A stretch of DNA of 28,343 bases from a bacterium (GCA_043818275.1 JBDRFY010000005.1:1-28343); one strand, 5' to 3'; counted from the first letter of the stretch, positions 9,137 to 19,733 are shown. Notes: generated by a model not told the origin, from the sequence alone. Numbers and translations are program-made.

Positions 9137-10157
9137 TCCAAAAGGACCTTTCTTTTTTATGAATTTTCCAAAGGCTGCCTGTTTGATGATTGCCACCTTG
9201 TTTTGAATTTAAGAACCGAATAATTTCATTGATAAATGACTTGCTTGGATTAAATTGAATTTTTTCCTGAATCAACCAGTGCAAAATTAATTGTTTTTGT
9301 AAAAATGAATCCTGTTTTTTAAATAAATTTAAATTACCAACAAAACAATTTTTTTGTTTATTCGCTCGTTCTGCTTGCCAGCCGAAGCCTGGGCGTAGGT
9401 TGGAGCTGGATCGAAGGATGAAAATTTCATTAAATTTTTGAATCACGATTTTTTGTAAGAAATCATCAACTTCTTTTAAGTTTTGCATTGAACTTTCAAG
9501 CTTTTTGTTTGCGCGTTCATCAATTTTTGAAAATGTGGGTAAAATGTATTTTCGGATTCTGTTTCTTAAAAAATCATCGGATTCATTTGTTGGATCGATT
9601 AGATATTCGATTTTGTTTTGATTTAGATAATTTAAAATTTCTTGTTTATCTAAATTTAAGAGCGGACGTAAATATTTTCCGTTAATTTCTTTAATTCCAG
9701 TCAATCCGCTTAAAGAACATCCGCGAATTAATCTAAGGAAAAAAGTTTCGAAGTTGTCCTGTTGATGATGGGCTGTTGCAATAAAATCACAATTTTGTTC
9801 ATTTTTAATTTTCTCAAAAAAATGACGGCGTAACTTTCGGCCAATTTCTTCCTTGGAGCCGTTATATTTTAAATTTAAGTTTAACTCGCTTGCTGTTGAA
9901 GTAAAAAATTGGATATTGTGTTTTTCGCACAACTTTTTACAAAACATTTGGTCGTTTCCAGATTCAATTCTCCATTCATGATTAAGATGCGCGCAAATTA
10001 ATCCTAAAGATTTTTCTTCATTAATTTTTTTTAAAATGTGAAATAAAAAAACAGAATCTGGCCCGCCGGAAAGAGCGAGAAGAATTTTTGGCTTTTCTGA
10101 GAAGGTGTTTTTTGAGATTAGGTTTTTAATTTGTTGTTTTGCTTTTTGTGTGATCAT
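9123..10157 (-). CDS. tilS: tRNA(Ile)-lysidine synthetase
   Basis: PP-loop ALSGGPDS, AHLNH, TAHHQQDNFET, RPLL, DPTN...RNRIR. 14-bp convergent overlap with the upstream gene. Confidence 0.95.
   Translation of the reverse strand: MITQKAKQQIKNLISKNTFSEKPKILLALSGGPDSVFLFHILKKINEEKSLGLICAHLNHEWRIESGNDQMFCKKLCEKHNIQFFTSTASELNLNLKYNGSKEEIGRKLRRHFFEKIKNEQNCDFIATAHHQQDNFETFFLRLIRGCSLSGLTGIKEINGKYLRPLLNLDKQEILNYLNQNKIEYLIDPTNESDDFLRNRIRKYILPTFSKIDERANKKLESSMQNLKEVDDFLQKIVIQKFNEIFILRSSSNLRPGFGWQAERANKQKNCFVGNLNLFKKQDSFLQKQLILHWLIQEKIQFNPSKSFINEIIRFLNSKQGGNHQTGSLWKIHKKERSFWINRF
9361..9420. repeat. Composite REP-like repeat inserted in-frame in tilS
   Basis: TTCGCTCGTTCTG[CTTG-CCAGCC-GAAGCCTGGGCGTA-GGTTGG]AGCTGGATCGAAGGATG, with the inner 30 bp at 9374-9403. 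Translated as ILRSSSNLRPGFGWQAERAN. Confidence 0.9.
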
Positions 10158-10159
10158 GA

Positions 10160-11242
10160 TTATTTTGTAAATTCTATTAAATATGTTTCAATTAAAGGCA
10201 TTAAATTACCATCTAAAATAAGATCTGGTTGAGGTGATTCATGGTTTGTTCGTAAATCTTTGACCATTTTATATGGATGTAAAACATAAGAGCGAATTTG
10301 AGAACCCCATTCAATCTTTTTCTTTTCAACCGATTTTTCCTTTACGTGTTGTTCTTCTACCTGTTTTTCAATTAATTTTGCCATTAAAAGTTTCGTGGCT
10401 GTTTTTTTGTTTTGTAATTGTGATCTTTCGTTTTGACATTGAACTACAATTCCTGTTGGAATATGTGTAATTCTGACAGCAGAATCTGTTTTATTTACGT
10501 GCTGACCGCCTGCGCCGCCTGCGCGATATGTATCAATTTTTAAATCTTTTTCATCTATTTCAATCTTTTCTTCGCCAACTTCAGGGACAACGCTTACTGC
10601 GGCAAAAGAGGTGTGTCTTCTTTTGTTTGCATCAAAAGGTGAAATTCTGACAAGACGATGAATACCTGTTTCACTTTTCAAAAAACCGTTAGCATATTTA
10701 CCTTTTATGAAAATGGTAGTACTTTTAATTCCTGCTTCGTCTCCACTTTGATAATCAATTATATCTGCCTGAAAATTTTCTTTTTCACAAAAACGCAAAT
10801 ACATGCGCAATAACATATTGGCCCAGTCCTGCGATTCAGTTCCACCGGCTCCTGAATTAATGCTTAAAAAACAATTACTTTGGTCATCCGGTTTATTTAG
10901 CAATAATTCTAGTTTGAATTTGTTTATTTTTTTAGGCAGAGCGTAAATTTCATTTTTGATTTTATTTAAATCTGCTTCATTTTGTTCGAAAAGCTCAACT
11001 AATTCTTTATTGTCTAAAACGCTGCTTTTTAATGTTTCAAATTTTTCTTTTAATTGTTTAATCCTCTGAAATTCTTTTAATATTTCAGCCTGTTTAGGGT
11101 TTTGCCAAAAATTTTCTGTGTTAATTTGTTTATCAAGGTCTTGAAAGGTTTCTTCTAATTTCGTATTTTTCAGGAATTGTTCAATAGATTTAAAATTATT
11201 TTCGGCAATTTTTAAAATTTCATTTAATTCATCAGCTAACAT
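10160..11242 (-). CDS. prfB: Peptide chain release factor 2
   Basis: GAGGTESQDWA, SPF recognition motif (RISPFDA), GAGGQHVNKT, WGSQIRSY. Single uninterrupted ORF. Confidence 0.97.
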   Translation of the reverse strand: MLADELNEILKIAENNFKSIEQFLKNTKLEETFQDLDKQINTENFWQNPKQAEILKEFQRIKQLKEKFETLKSSVLDNKELVELFEQNEADLNKIKNEIYALPKKINKFKLELLLNKPDDQSNCFLSINSGAGGTESQDWANMLLRMYLRFCEKENFQADIIDYQSGDEAGIKSTTIFIKGKYANGFLKSETGIHRLVRISPFDANKRRHTSFAAVSVVPEVGEEKIEIDEKDLKIDTYRAGGAGGQHVNKTDSAVRITHIPTGIVVQCQNERSQLQNKKTATKLLMAKLIEKQVEEQHVKEKSVEKKKIEWGSQIRSYVLHPYKMVKDLRTNHESPQPDLILDGNLMPLIETYLIEFTK

Positions 11243-11380
11243 ATCTTTAATTTTCTTTTTAAAGTTATAGATTAAATAAGTAATTGTTTGAATTATAGTG
11301 TATTTTCAGAATATTAAAAAAATGGAGTAAAAATTTAACTTATTAATAAAGAAAGGGCATATTAAATGCCATGTTTAGGG

Positions 11381-11563
11381 TTAAAACTTATGACCTTTAA
11401 GATTGTCTCTTTTACACGACCATAACCTGCTGGGAAAACCCTTTTTTAAAAAGCCTACAAATTTACGGGCCATTTCCCGAATTTTGGAAGATTTTTTTTC
11501 CTGAATTGCTTTATAAATTTCAAGTTGTTCATTTTGTTCATTCTTTGTTTTTGGATTATCCAT
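11381..11563 (-). CDS. Small hypothetical protein (60 aa)
   Basis: ATG preceded by a strong RBS (AAAAGGAG, 6-nt spacing). No recognisable motif. Confidence 0.4.
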   Translation of the reverse strand: MDNPKTKNEQNEQLEIYKAIQEKKSSKIREMARKFVGFLKKGFPSRLWSCKRDNLKGHKF

Positions 11564-11737
11564 TTTTGCTCCTTTTAATTGTTATATAAAATTGATTTAT
11601 ACCATTATATTATGTTTTTTAATGTATTTGAGAGTCAACTATTCAGTTTTTTGATGTTTAATTTGATTAATATTAAAAATTTTTATAATTTTTATTGTAC
11701 AGTTGATTAAATTGTCAAAAAAATAGCAAAAATTCAT

Positions 11738-11765
11738 TTGCAAGCTAATTAAAATTGTTTATAAT
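11738..11765 (+). promoter_or_regulatory. Putative sigma70 promoter for the tRNA pair / rrn
   Basis: TTGCAA-16 nt-TATAAT, about 60 nt upstream of tRNA-Ile. A 16-nt spacer is typical of stable-RNA promoters. Confidence 0.55.
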
Positions 11766-11827
11766 TCATTTTTCGCTATTATTTGAAATTTTTCTTCCAA
11801 AAAAAATATACAAAAAATACTATTAAT

Positions 11828-11904
11828 GGGCCTATAGCTCAGTTGGTTAGAGCACTCCGCTGATAACGGAGAGGTCAGTCGTTCGAGTCGACTTAGGCCC
11901 ACCA
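11828..11904 (+). tRNA. tRNA-Ile(GAT)
   Basis: GGGCCTA/TAGGCCC acceptor stem, anticodon arm CTCCG-CTGATAA-CGGAG, TTCGAGT T-loop, encoded CCA. Confidence 0.97.
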
Positions 11905-12056
11905 TCCTACGCCTTCACTTTCGAAGTTTAGCAAAAGAAGTATAGGCTATGGATGGCAGGCCAATCTTCGCTCGTTCATGTTGTCTTTACGGCGACATGT
12001 CCTCCGACGTGTCCACCATAGCTTTAGCGACGGTGGAAGCTTTATGCGAAGGATGA
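11902..12056. repeat. Cluster of four hairpin units (two nested pairs) between the tRNAs
   Basis: CCATCC-TACGCCT[11915-11943 degenerate unit]AGGCTAT-GGATGG-CAGG (11902-11960); CATG-TCCTCC-GA[CGTG-TCCACC-ATAGCTTTAGCGAC-GGTGGA]AGCTTTATGCGAA-GGATGA (11996-12056). Confidence 0.85.
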
Positions 12057-12092
12057 CGGGCTTATTTTTAATGAATTTGGGAAAATAATTTT

Positions 12093-12168
12093 GGGGGTGT
12101 AGCTCAGTTGGTAGAGCGTCCGTTTTGCACGCGGAAGGTCAGCGGTCCGATTCCGCTCACCTCCACCA
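12093..12168 (+). tRNA. tRNA-Ala(TGC)
   Basis: GGGGGTG/CACCTCC acceptor stem with G3:U70, anticodon loop TTTGCAC, encoded CCA. The T-loop reads TCCGATT. Confidence 0.95.
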
Positions 12169-12301
12169 AAATTTTGTTGAATTTTGTAAAAAAAATATAA
12201 ATTTGTTTGCCAAATAAAGAATTATGTTTTTTTGTATAAATTGATTGAGATGGTTTTTGTGAAATTTTTCAAGCTTTTTTTAAAAAAATATTTAAAAAAG
12301 C

Positions 12302-12329
12302 TTGAAAATATAAAAAAACCAAGTAAGAT
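12302..12329 (+). promoter_or_regulatory. Putative rrn promoter
   Basis: TTGAAA-16 nt-TAAGAT after an A/T-tract (UP-like) region, about 120 nt before 16S. Confidence 0.45.
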
Positions 12330-12385
12330 ATTTCTACATCTCGGGAGAAAGTAATCACAAAAAGTTTTGAAAAATAAATTTAAAA

Positions 12386-12395
12386 TTCTTTGAAA
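12386..12395 (+). promoter_or_regulatory. boxA-like antitermination site (leader)
   Basis: TTCTTTGAAA just before the 16S processing stem. The same motif recurs in the ITS. Confidence 0.55.
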
Positions 12396-12437
12396 TTCAC
12401 AAAAAATTTTCAAGATTCTTGGATCTTGGAAGGATCC
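12396..12437 (+). other. 5' arm of the 16S processing stem (pairs with 14044-14137)
   Basis: CTTGGATCTTGGAAGGATC pairs with GATCCTTTCAAGGTCCAAG (G-U allowed); TTTCAAG pairs with CTTGAAA; TTCACAAAAAA pairs with TTTTTTGTGAA. Confidence 0.8.
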
Positions 12438-12449
12438 CAAAACAATTCT

Positions 12450-13986
<1,537 letters not shown>

Positions 13987-14156
13987 CGAGGGAGATTATA
14001 AAGCCTTTTGGTTATTAAAGGTGTGAAAAAAAATGAATTATAAGATCCTTTCAAGGTCCAAGTTTTTATTTAACTTGAAATTTTTTCGAAGATACTTTGT
14101 GTTAGAAGTGTCTTCAAAAAAAAATCTTTTTTGTGAATTTAGTTGAAAATTTATAA

Positions 14157-14167
14157 GTTCTTTGAAA
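14157..14167 (+). promoter_or_regulatory. boxA-like site in the ITS, overlapping the 5' arm of the 23S processing stem
   Basis: GTTCTTTGAAA. The following TTGAAATGTTTGTAGTCCGTAAT pairs with ATTATGGATTACAAACAATTTCAA downstream of 23S (about 18028-18051). Confidence 0.6.
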
Positions 14168-15348
14168 TGTTTGTAGTCCGTAATTTATAGCGGATTTTTT
14201 ATACGACTTAGCATATTTAAAATTTGTAAATAATTGAAAAGAGCGTTTGGTGAATGCCTTGGTATCAGGAGTCGATGAAGGAGGTGGAAGGCTGCCATAA
14301 GCTTCGGGGAGCTGCCAATCAAGCTTTGATCCGGAGATTTCCGAATGGGGAAACCCACCCAGGAAAATCCTGGGAACTTTTATCTGAATACATAGGGTAA
14401 AAGAGACAACGGTGTGAACTGAAACATCTAAGTAACACCAGGAAAAGAAAACGAATGTGATTCCCTAAGTAGTGGTGAGCGAAACGGGAACAGCCTAAAC
14501 TTATGCTGTGTAAGCCTGCATGCGTTGCAGTATAGGTGTTGTGGGAGTTGTTTGCTAGACATGCAGAGTCTAGATTATTTTTGTTGATTTAGTTGAATGT
14601 CTTGGAATGGGCAACCGAAGAAAGTGAAAGTCTTGTAAATTAAAAATCAATTAAAAATATTAACAAATTTCCCGAGTATCACGGAGCACGTGAAATTTCG
14701 TGAGAATCTGCCCCGACCATGGGGTAAGGCTAAATACTCCCTGATGACCGATAGTGAACAAGTACTGTGAAGGAAAGGTGAAAAGAACCCCGGGAGGGGA
14801 GTGAAATAGAATCTGAAACCAAACGTTTACAAGCTATGGAAGCGATATATACGTATGCGCGACCATGTGCCTTTTGCATAATGAGCCAACGAGTTGCTCT
14901 TACGTTGCAAGGTTAAGTTTAGAAAGAATGGAGCCGTAGCGAAAGCGAGTCTTAATAGGGCGATTAGTAACGTGAGGCAGACCCGAAACCTAGTGAGCTA
15001 TCCATGGACAGGATGAAGTCTTGGTAATTCGAGATGAAGGTCCGAACCAGTGTGGGTTGAAAACTGCTTGGATGATCTGTGGATAGGGGTGAAAGGCCAA
15101 TCAAACTAGGAAATAGCTGGTTCTCCCCGAAATATATTTAGGTATAGCCTTGTTCGATGATTTGCGGAGGTAAAGCACAGTTTAGGCTAGGGGGCATAAG
15201 CTTACCAAACCTTTACTAACTCTGAATACCGTAAATTTAGGACAGGAGTCAGACTGCGGGGGATAAGCTCCGTAGTCGAGAGGGAAACAGCCCAGACCAT
15301 TAGTTAAGGTCCTTAAATGTCCATTAAGTGGTTAAAGATGTGGAAATA

Positions 15349-15388
<40 letters not shown>

Positions 15389-16271
15389 TAAAGAAAGCGT
15401 AACAGCTCACTGGTCAAGTGTTTTTGCGCTGAAATATAAACGGGGCTTAAATGGATTACCGAAACTATGGCTGATGCTTTTAGCATCGGGGTAGGGGAGC
15501 GTTCTTTAACAGATACAAGTTTAACCGTAAGGATAGATGATGTTGGTTAAAGAAGTGAGTATGTTGGCATGAGTAACGAAAAAACAGGTGAAATTCCTGT
15601 TCGCCGTAAGCCCAAGGGTTCCGTGAGAAAGGTTTATCCACTCAGGGTTAGTCGATACCTAAGCCGAGGCCAAATGGAGTAGGCGATGGAAGGCAGGTTA
15701 AATATTCCTGCACCACTTTTTTACGTTTGAGTGATTGGGGTGACGCAGGAGGATAAGTCTACCTGGTATATGGGTTACCAGGCTAAGCAGTTAGAAGGAT
15801 TTCAGAGGCAAATCCATGAAGTCATTACTTTGAGCTGTGATGGGCATATTAATCTAAGCGAGAGATATGTTAGATTGAGTCCACGCTGACTAGAAAAACC
15901 TCTAGCGAGTAAAAGAGTGATCGTACCGTAAACCGACACAGGTGGGCGAGCTGAGTATGCTAAGGCGTTGAGATAATTCCCATTAAGGAACTCGGCAAAA
16001 TAGCCTCGTAACTTCGGGAGAAGAGGTGCCAGCGCCGTTATTTTGCAAAAAAGAAGCGGAGGCTGGTTGCAACAAAGAGGCCCAAGCGACTGTTTAACAA
16101 AAACACAGGGCCATGCAAACTCGTAAGAGGAAGTATATGGTCTGACGCCTGCCCAGTGCTGGAAGGTTAACAGGAGGTGTTAGCTCTTCGGAGCGAAGCG
16201 CTGAATCGAAGCCCCAGTAAACGGCGGCCGTAACTCTAACGGTCCTAAGGTAGCGAAATCCCTTGTCGGGT

Positions 16272-16986
16272 AAAATTCGTCGGATTAATTGCCCGAATGT
16301 CGTGGTGACACGGCATTAGTACACTGGCTAATATCGGGGAAGGCTAAGTTTTGATTTTATAATCAAGATAAGCTAATCCCGAGGGAACCTTGAATTTTTC
16401 AAGGACCTGTAACGACTGATCCGAAAGGTGAGGCGTACAACATAAGTTGACGCAATACGCCAGCTCTTGTCGAAAGGATAAAACATATGGATTTTGCCTC
16501 TTATATTACTGGTTTTGTGGATGGAGAAGGTTGTTTTTCGATTTCGTTTAATTTAAGAGCGAAGCTCAAAACCGGAATTGAAGTTAGACCAAGTTTTTCA
16601 ATTTCTCAAAATAAAAGAAGCTTAGGTGTTTTAAAAGAGATTCAGGCTTTTTTAAATTGTGGTTTTATTAGATTTTCAAAACGAGATCAAACTTATAAGT
16701 TCGAAGTTCGTTCGATAGATGATCTTGTAAGGAAGATCGTTCCACATTTTAAAAAGTTTCCTCTAAAAACATTTAAGCAAAAGGATTTTGAGAGTTTTGT
16801 GCAAGTTTGTGATTTAATTTTTAAATCTAAACATTTAAATCACGATTATTTGTGTAAAATAATTGAATGGTCTTATACAATGAATTCATCCGGAAAAAGA
16901 AAGTATTCAAAGGCAAAACTCCTAAGTGTTTTGGACAAGATGAAGAGATAGTCTGATCCCTTGTGAAAGCAAGGTAAACATAAATG
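16272..16986 (+). mobile_element. Group I intron (IA-type) at 23S position L1951, 715 nt
   Basis: Interrupts CCTTGTCGGGT^AAGTTCCGACC. The 5' exon ends in U and the intron ends in G. P1 TCGGGT/GCCCGA with U.G; P10 GTCGGA/TCCGAC; P3 CTGGC/GCCAG; P7 GACT/AGTC; two extra hairpins between P7 and P3'; P9 CCTTG/CAAGG. Confidence 0.95.
16487..16951 (+). CDS. Single-motif LAGLIDADG homing endonuclease (intron-encoded)
   Basis: YITGFVDGEGCFSI motif, FSISQ, HFKKFPLKTFKQKDF. RBS AAGGA. Lies in the P8 loop. Confidence 0.96.
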   Translation: MDFASYITGFVDGEGCFSISFNLRAKLKTGIEVRPSFSISQNKRSLGVLKEIQAFLNCGFIRFSKRDQTYKFEVRSIDDLVRKIVPHFKKFPLKTFKQKDFESFVQVCDLIFKSKHLNHDYLCKIIEWSYTMNSSGKRKYSKAKLLSVLDKMKR

Positions 16987-17460
16987 AAGTTCCGACCTGC
17001 ATGAATGGCGTAACGATTTGGGCGCTGTCTTGATGGGAAACTCAGTGAAATTGTAGTCTCGGTGAAAATGCCGAGTACCCGCAGTAGGACGGAAAGACCC
17101 TGTGCACCTTTACTATAACTTGACATTGATTTTTGGATTGGTATGTGTAGGATAGGCGGGAGACTTTGATGTTGTGGCGCTAGCTGCAGCGGAGTCGTCC
17201 TTGAAATACCGCCCTTATTGATTTGGAAATCTAACTTCTGCCCGTTATCCGGGGGAAAGACATTGTCTGGTGGGTAGTTTGACTGGGGTGGTCGCCTCCC
17301 AAAAGGTAACGGAGGCGTTCAAAGGTTCCCTCGTGACGAATAGAAATCGTCAGAAAGAGTGTAAAAGCAAAAGGGAGCTTGACTGCGAAACATACAGGTT
17401 GAGCAGGTACGAAAGTAGGATTTAGTGATCCAGTGGTTCCAAATGGAAGGGCCATTGCTA

Positions 17461-17497
<37 letters not shown>

Positions 17498-17521
17498 TCC
17501 TCTAAGAGTCCATATCGACGA

Positions 17522-17583
<62 letters not shown>

Positions 17584-17596
17584 TGGCTGTTCGCCA

Positions 17597-17631
<35 letters not shown>

Positions 17632-17681
17632 CAAGACAGTTCGGTCCTTATCCACTGTGGGCGTAGGATATTTGAGAGGAG

Positions 17682-17723
<42 letters not shown>

Positions 17724-18080
17724 ATTCCAGTTGTTTACCAAAAGCAACGCTGGGTAGCCAAGTTCGGATGAGATAACCGCTGAAAGCATCTAAGTGGGAA
17801 ACTCACCTCAAGATTAGATATCCCGTATTACTAAGCAATCAGATGAAGCTTCGGTTTCTGAAGAAAGTGTGTGATACTTTGAAGATTCCTCAAAGACTAT
17901 GAGGTTGATAGGCTGGGTGTGTAAGTGCAGTAATGTATTTAGCTAACCAGTACTAATAGATCGATAGTTTTATTTACGCTTTAAAAGTTTTTAAGAATGC
18001 GATTCGTATAAAATTTTGTTATTACGGATTATGGATTACAAACAATTTCAAGGTTTTTAGGTTTGAAAAATTTTAAAAAT

Positions 18081-18198
18081 TTCCTGGTGGCGATAGTGAT
18101 GGGGCCACACCCGTTCCCATTCCGAATACGGTAGTTAAGCCCATTACGCCAACGATACTCGGCTGGCAACGGCCCGGAACAATAGGTACTGCCGGGAA
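18081..18198 (+). rRNA. rrf: 5S rRNA
   Basis: TTCCTGGT/GCCGGGAA terminal helix; CACCCGTTCCCATTCCGAATACGGTAGTTAAGC. Confidence 0.96.
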
Positions 18199-18205
18199 TT
18201 AAATT

Positions 18206-18239
18206 AAAAGCCTCGAAAATATTTTCGAGGCTTTTTTTT
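18206..18239 (+). terminator. Rho-independent terminator of the rrn operon
   Basis: AAAAGCCTCGAAAATATTTTCGAGGCTTTT is a perfect palindrome ending in a T8 tract. Confidence 0.9.
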
Positions 18240-18302
18240 ATGCATAATTTTTAAAAAATCTTTTTATTGAGTTTTTAAAACTATCTAATTATCTTCATTT
18301 TC

Positions 18303-18893
18303 ATGAAGTTCAAAAAATTATTTTTTTTAATCTTTATTTTTGCTTCAGCCTTTTTAGTTTTTAAAGAAATAGGAAAAAATTTTATGAAGAAACCTATTTT
18401 TGTCATTCAAAAACATGATGCCACAACTCTTCATTATGATTTTCGGATAGAAGTAGATGGTGTATTGAAATCGTGGGCTGTTCCAAAAGGTCCTTCATTA
18501 AATCCAAAAGATAAACGTTTAGCAATTATGACGACTGATCACAAAATGAGTTATGCAAAATTTGAAGGAGTTATTCCTGAAGGTGAATATGGTGCTGGAA
18601 CTGTTATGATTTGGGATAAAGGAACTTATAAGAATATAAAAGAAAAAGATGGTAAAATTGTACCAATTAAAAAATGTTTAAAAAACGGCAGTGTTGAAAT
18701 TTTTCTTGATGGTGAAAAATTAAAAGGTGTTTTCGCGTTGGTAAAAATGCAAAATAGCGATAAAAATTGGTTGTTGATTAAAATGAAAGATGAATATGCG
18801 GATGATAGAAAAAATATTGTAAAATCTGAATCTAAATCAGCGGTTACAAACCGTACGTTAAAAGAAATAGAAAAAAATGTTAAAACAAAATAA
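18303..18893 (+). CDS. Stand-alone LigD-type DNA 3'-phosphoesterase (PE domain)
   Basis: FVIQKHDATTLHYDFRIE, KSWAVPKGPS, DH..Y..FEG.IPEGEYGAGTVMIWDKG. An alternative start at 18384 (after AGGA) removes the hydrophobic leader. Confidence 0.92.
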   Translation: MKFKKLFFLIFIFASAFLVFKEIGKNFMKKPIFVIQKHDATTLHYDFRIEVDGVLKSWAVPKGPSLNPKDKRLAIMTTDHKMSYAKFEGVIPEGEYGAGTVMIWDKGTYKNIKEKDGKIVPIKKCLKNGSVEIFLDGEKLKGVFALVKMQNSDKNWLLIKMKDEYADDRKNIVKSESKSAVTNRTLKEIEKNVKTK

Positions 18894-19024
18894 GTTATAT
18901 TTTAATTTTTCAATTAGTTGAATAGTTTTTAGCGCACTTTTTTCTTTTTTTTATTTCAAACTTGATGTTAAAATCAAATTCTTTATTCAGTTGTTTTCTC
19001 GTGATTTTATATATGTTTTTTACA

Positions 19025-19053
19025 TTGACTATGTTGTTTTAAATTACTAATAT
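19025..19053 (+). promoter_or_regulatory. Putative sigma70 promoter
   Basis: TTGACT-17 nt-TAATAT, 45 nt upstream of the 19098 ORF. Confidence 0.45.
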
Positions 19054-19097
19054 TGTACAGGTTTTTATTTCTTTATTTTTAATCGAAGGAGTTTGTT

Positions 19098-19679
19098 ATG
19101 AAAATAATGAAGATTTTTTTTGCGATAATTTTAAGTTTAAATTTAAATGCATTAACAGAAAAAAGTAGCGATGCCTTTTCTGAATTGAAATCAAAAAATA
19201 TTGATTGTGTCTCAATTAGGTTGTCAGTCACCAAGGATGAAGAAAATTTCAATCAAGATCTTTGGTTAGAAGTTGAAAGTTTAGCAAAAAAATTTGATGT
19301 TGATTTCAAAGAATTTAAGAATGATGATGGTTTAATTGATAAAAGTGTTGATTTGATTAAAACCGTTTATGAATTAGTCAAAGATGAAAAAACTCTTCAT
19401 GGAAACTTAGATATTTCTTTATTTGCTAAGCGAGATGAGGAGGAAAAAAAGGTTATTGAATCAGATGAAATAATATTAGCATTTTTTGTTGAAAGAGATG
19501 AAAAAGATTTTGACCAAAATAAATGGGAAAAAATTGTTGAGAGTGGAGTTGAATTAGCTAGATATGGAGAAAGCTCAGAAGAGTTTAATGAAGAATTCCT
19601 TTCAAAAATAAAAGAATTAATTCAAGCTTTTTATGATTTTGGAAAATATAACAATGATGTTTTAGAAATTAAATCATAA
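19098..19679 (+). CDS. Exported acidic hypothetical protein with an internal duplication
   Basis: RBS AAGGAG; signal peptide ending SLNLNA; two similar halves (VTKDEENFNQDLW / VERDEKDFDQNKW). Confidence 0.85.
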   Translation: MKIMKIFFAIILSLNLNALTEKSSDAFSELKSKNIDCVSIRLSVTKDEENFNQDLWLEVESLAKKFDVDFKEFKNDDGLIDKSVDLIKTVYELVKDEKTLHGNLDISLFAKRDEEEKKVIESDEIILAFFVERDEKDFDQNKWEKIVESGVELARYGESSEEFNEEFLSKIKELIQAFYDFGKYNNDVLEIKS

Positions 19680-19703
19680 ATTTAGAAGAATATTTAAATT
19701 TAT

Positions 19704-19733
19704 AAGCCGCAAGTTTTATCTTGCGGCTTTTTT
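19704..19733 (+). terminator. Rho-independent terminator
   Basis: AAGCCGCAAG-TTTTAT-CTTGCGGCTT followed by a T-tract. Confidence 0.85.

Noticed and set aside
11902..12056. Possible CRISPR array or third tRNA between the tRNAs
   Set aside because: The units are nested and inverted, not direct repeats with unique spacers; no cas genes are present and there is no cloverleaf.
17085..17100. Macrolide-resistance change at A2058/A2059
   Set aside because: The sequence GACGGAAAGACC is wild type.
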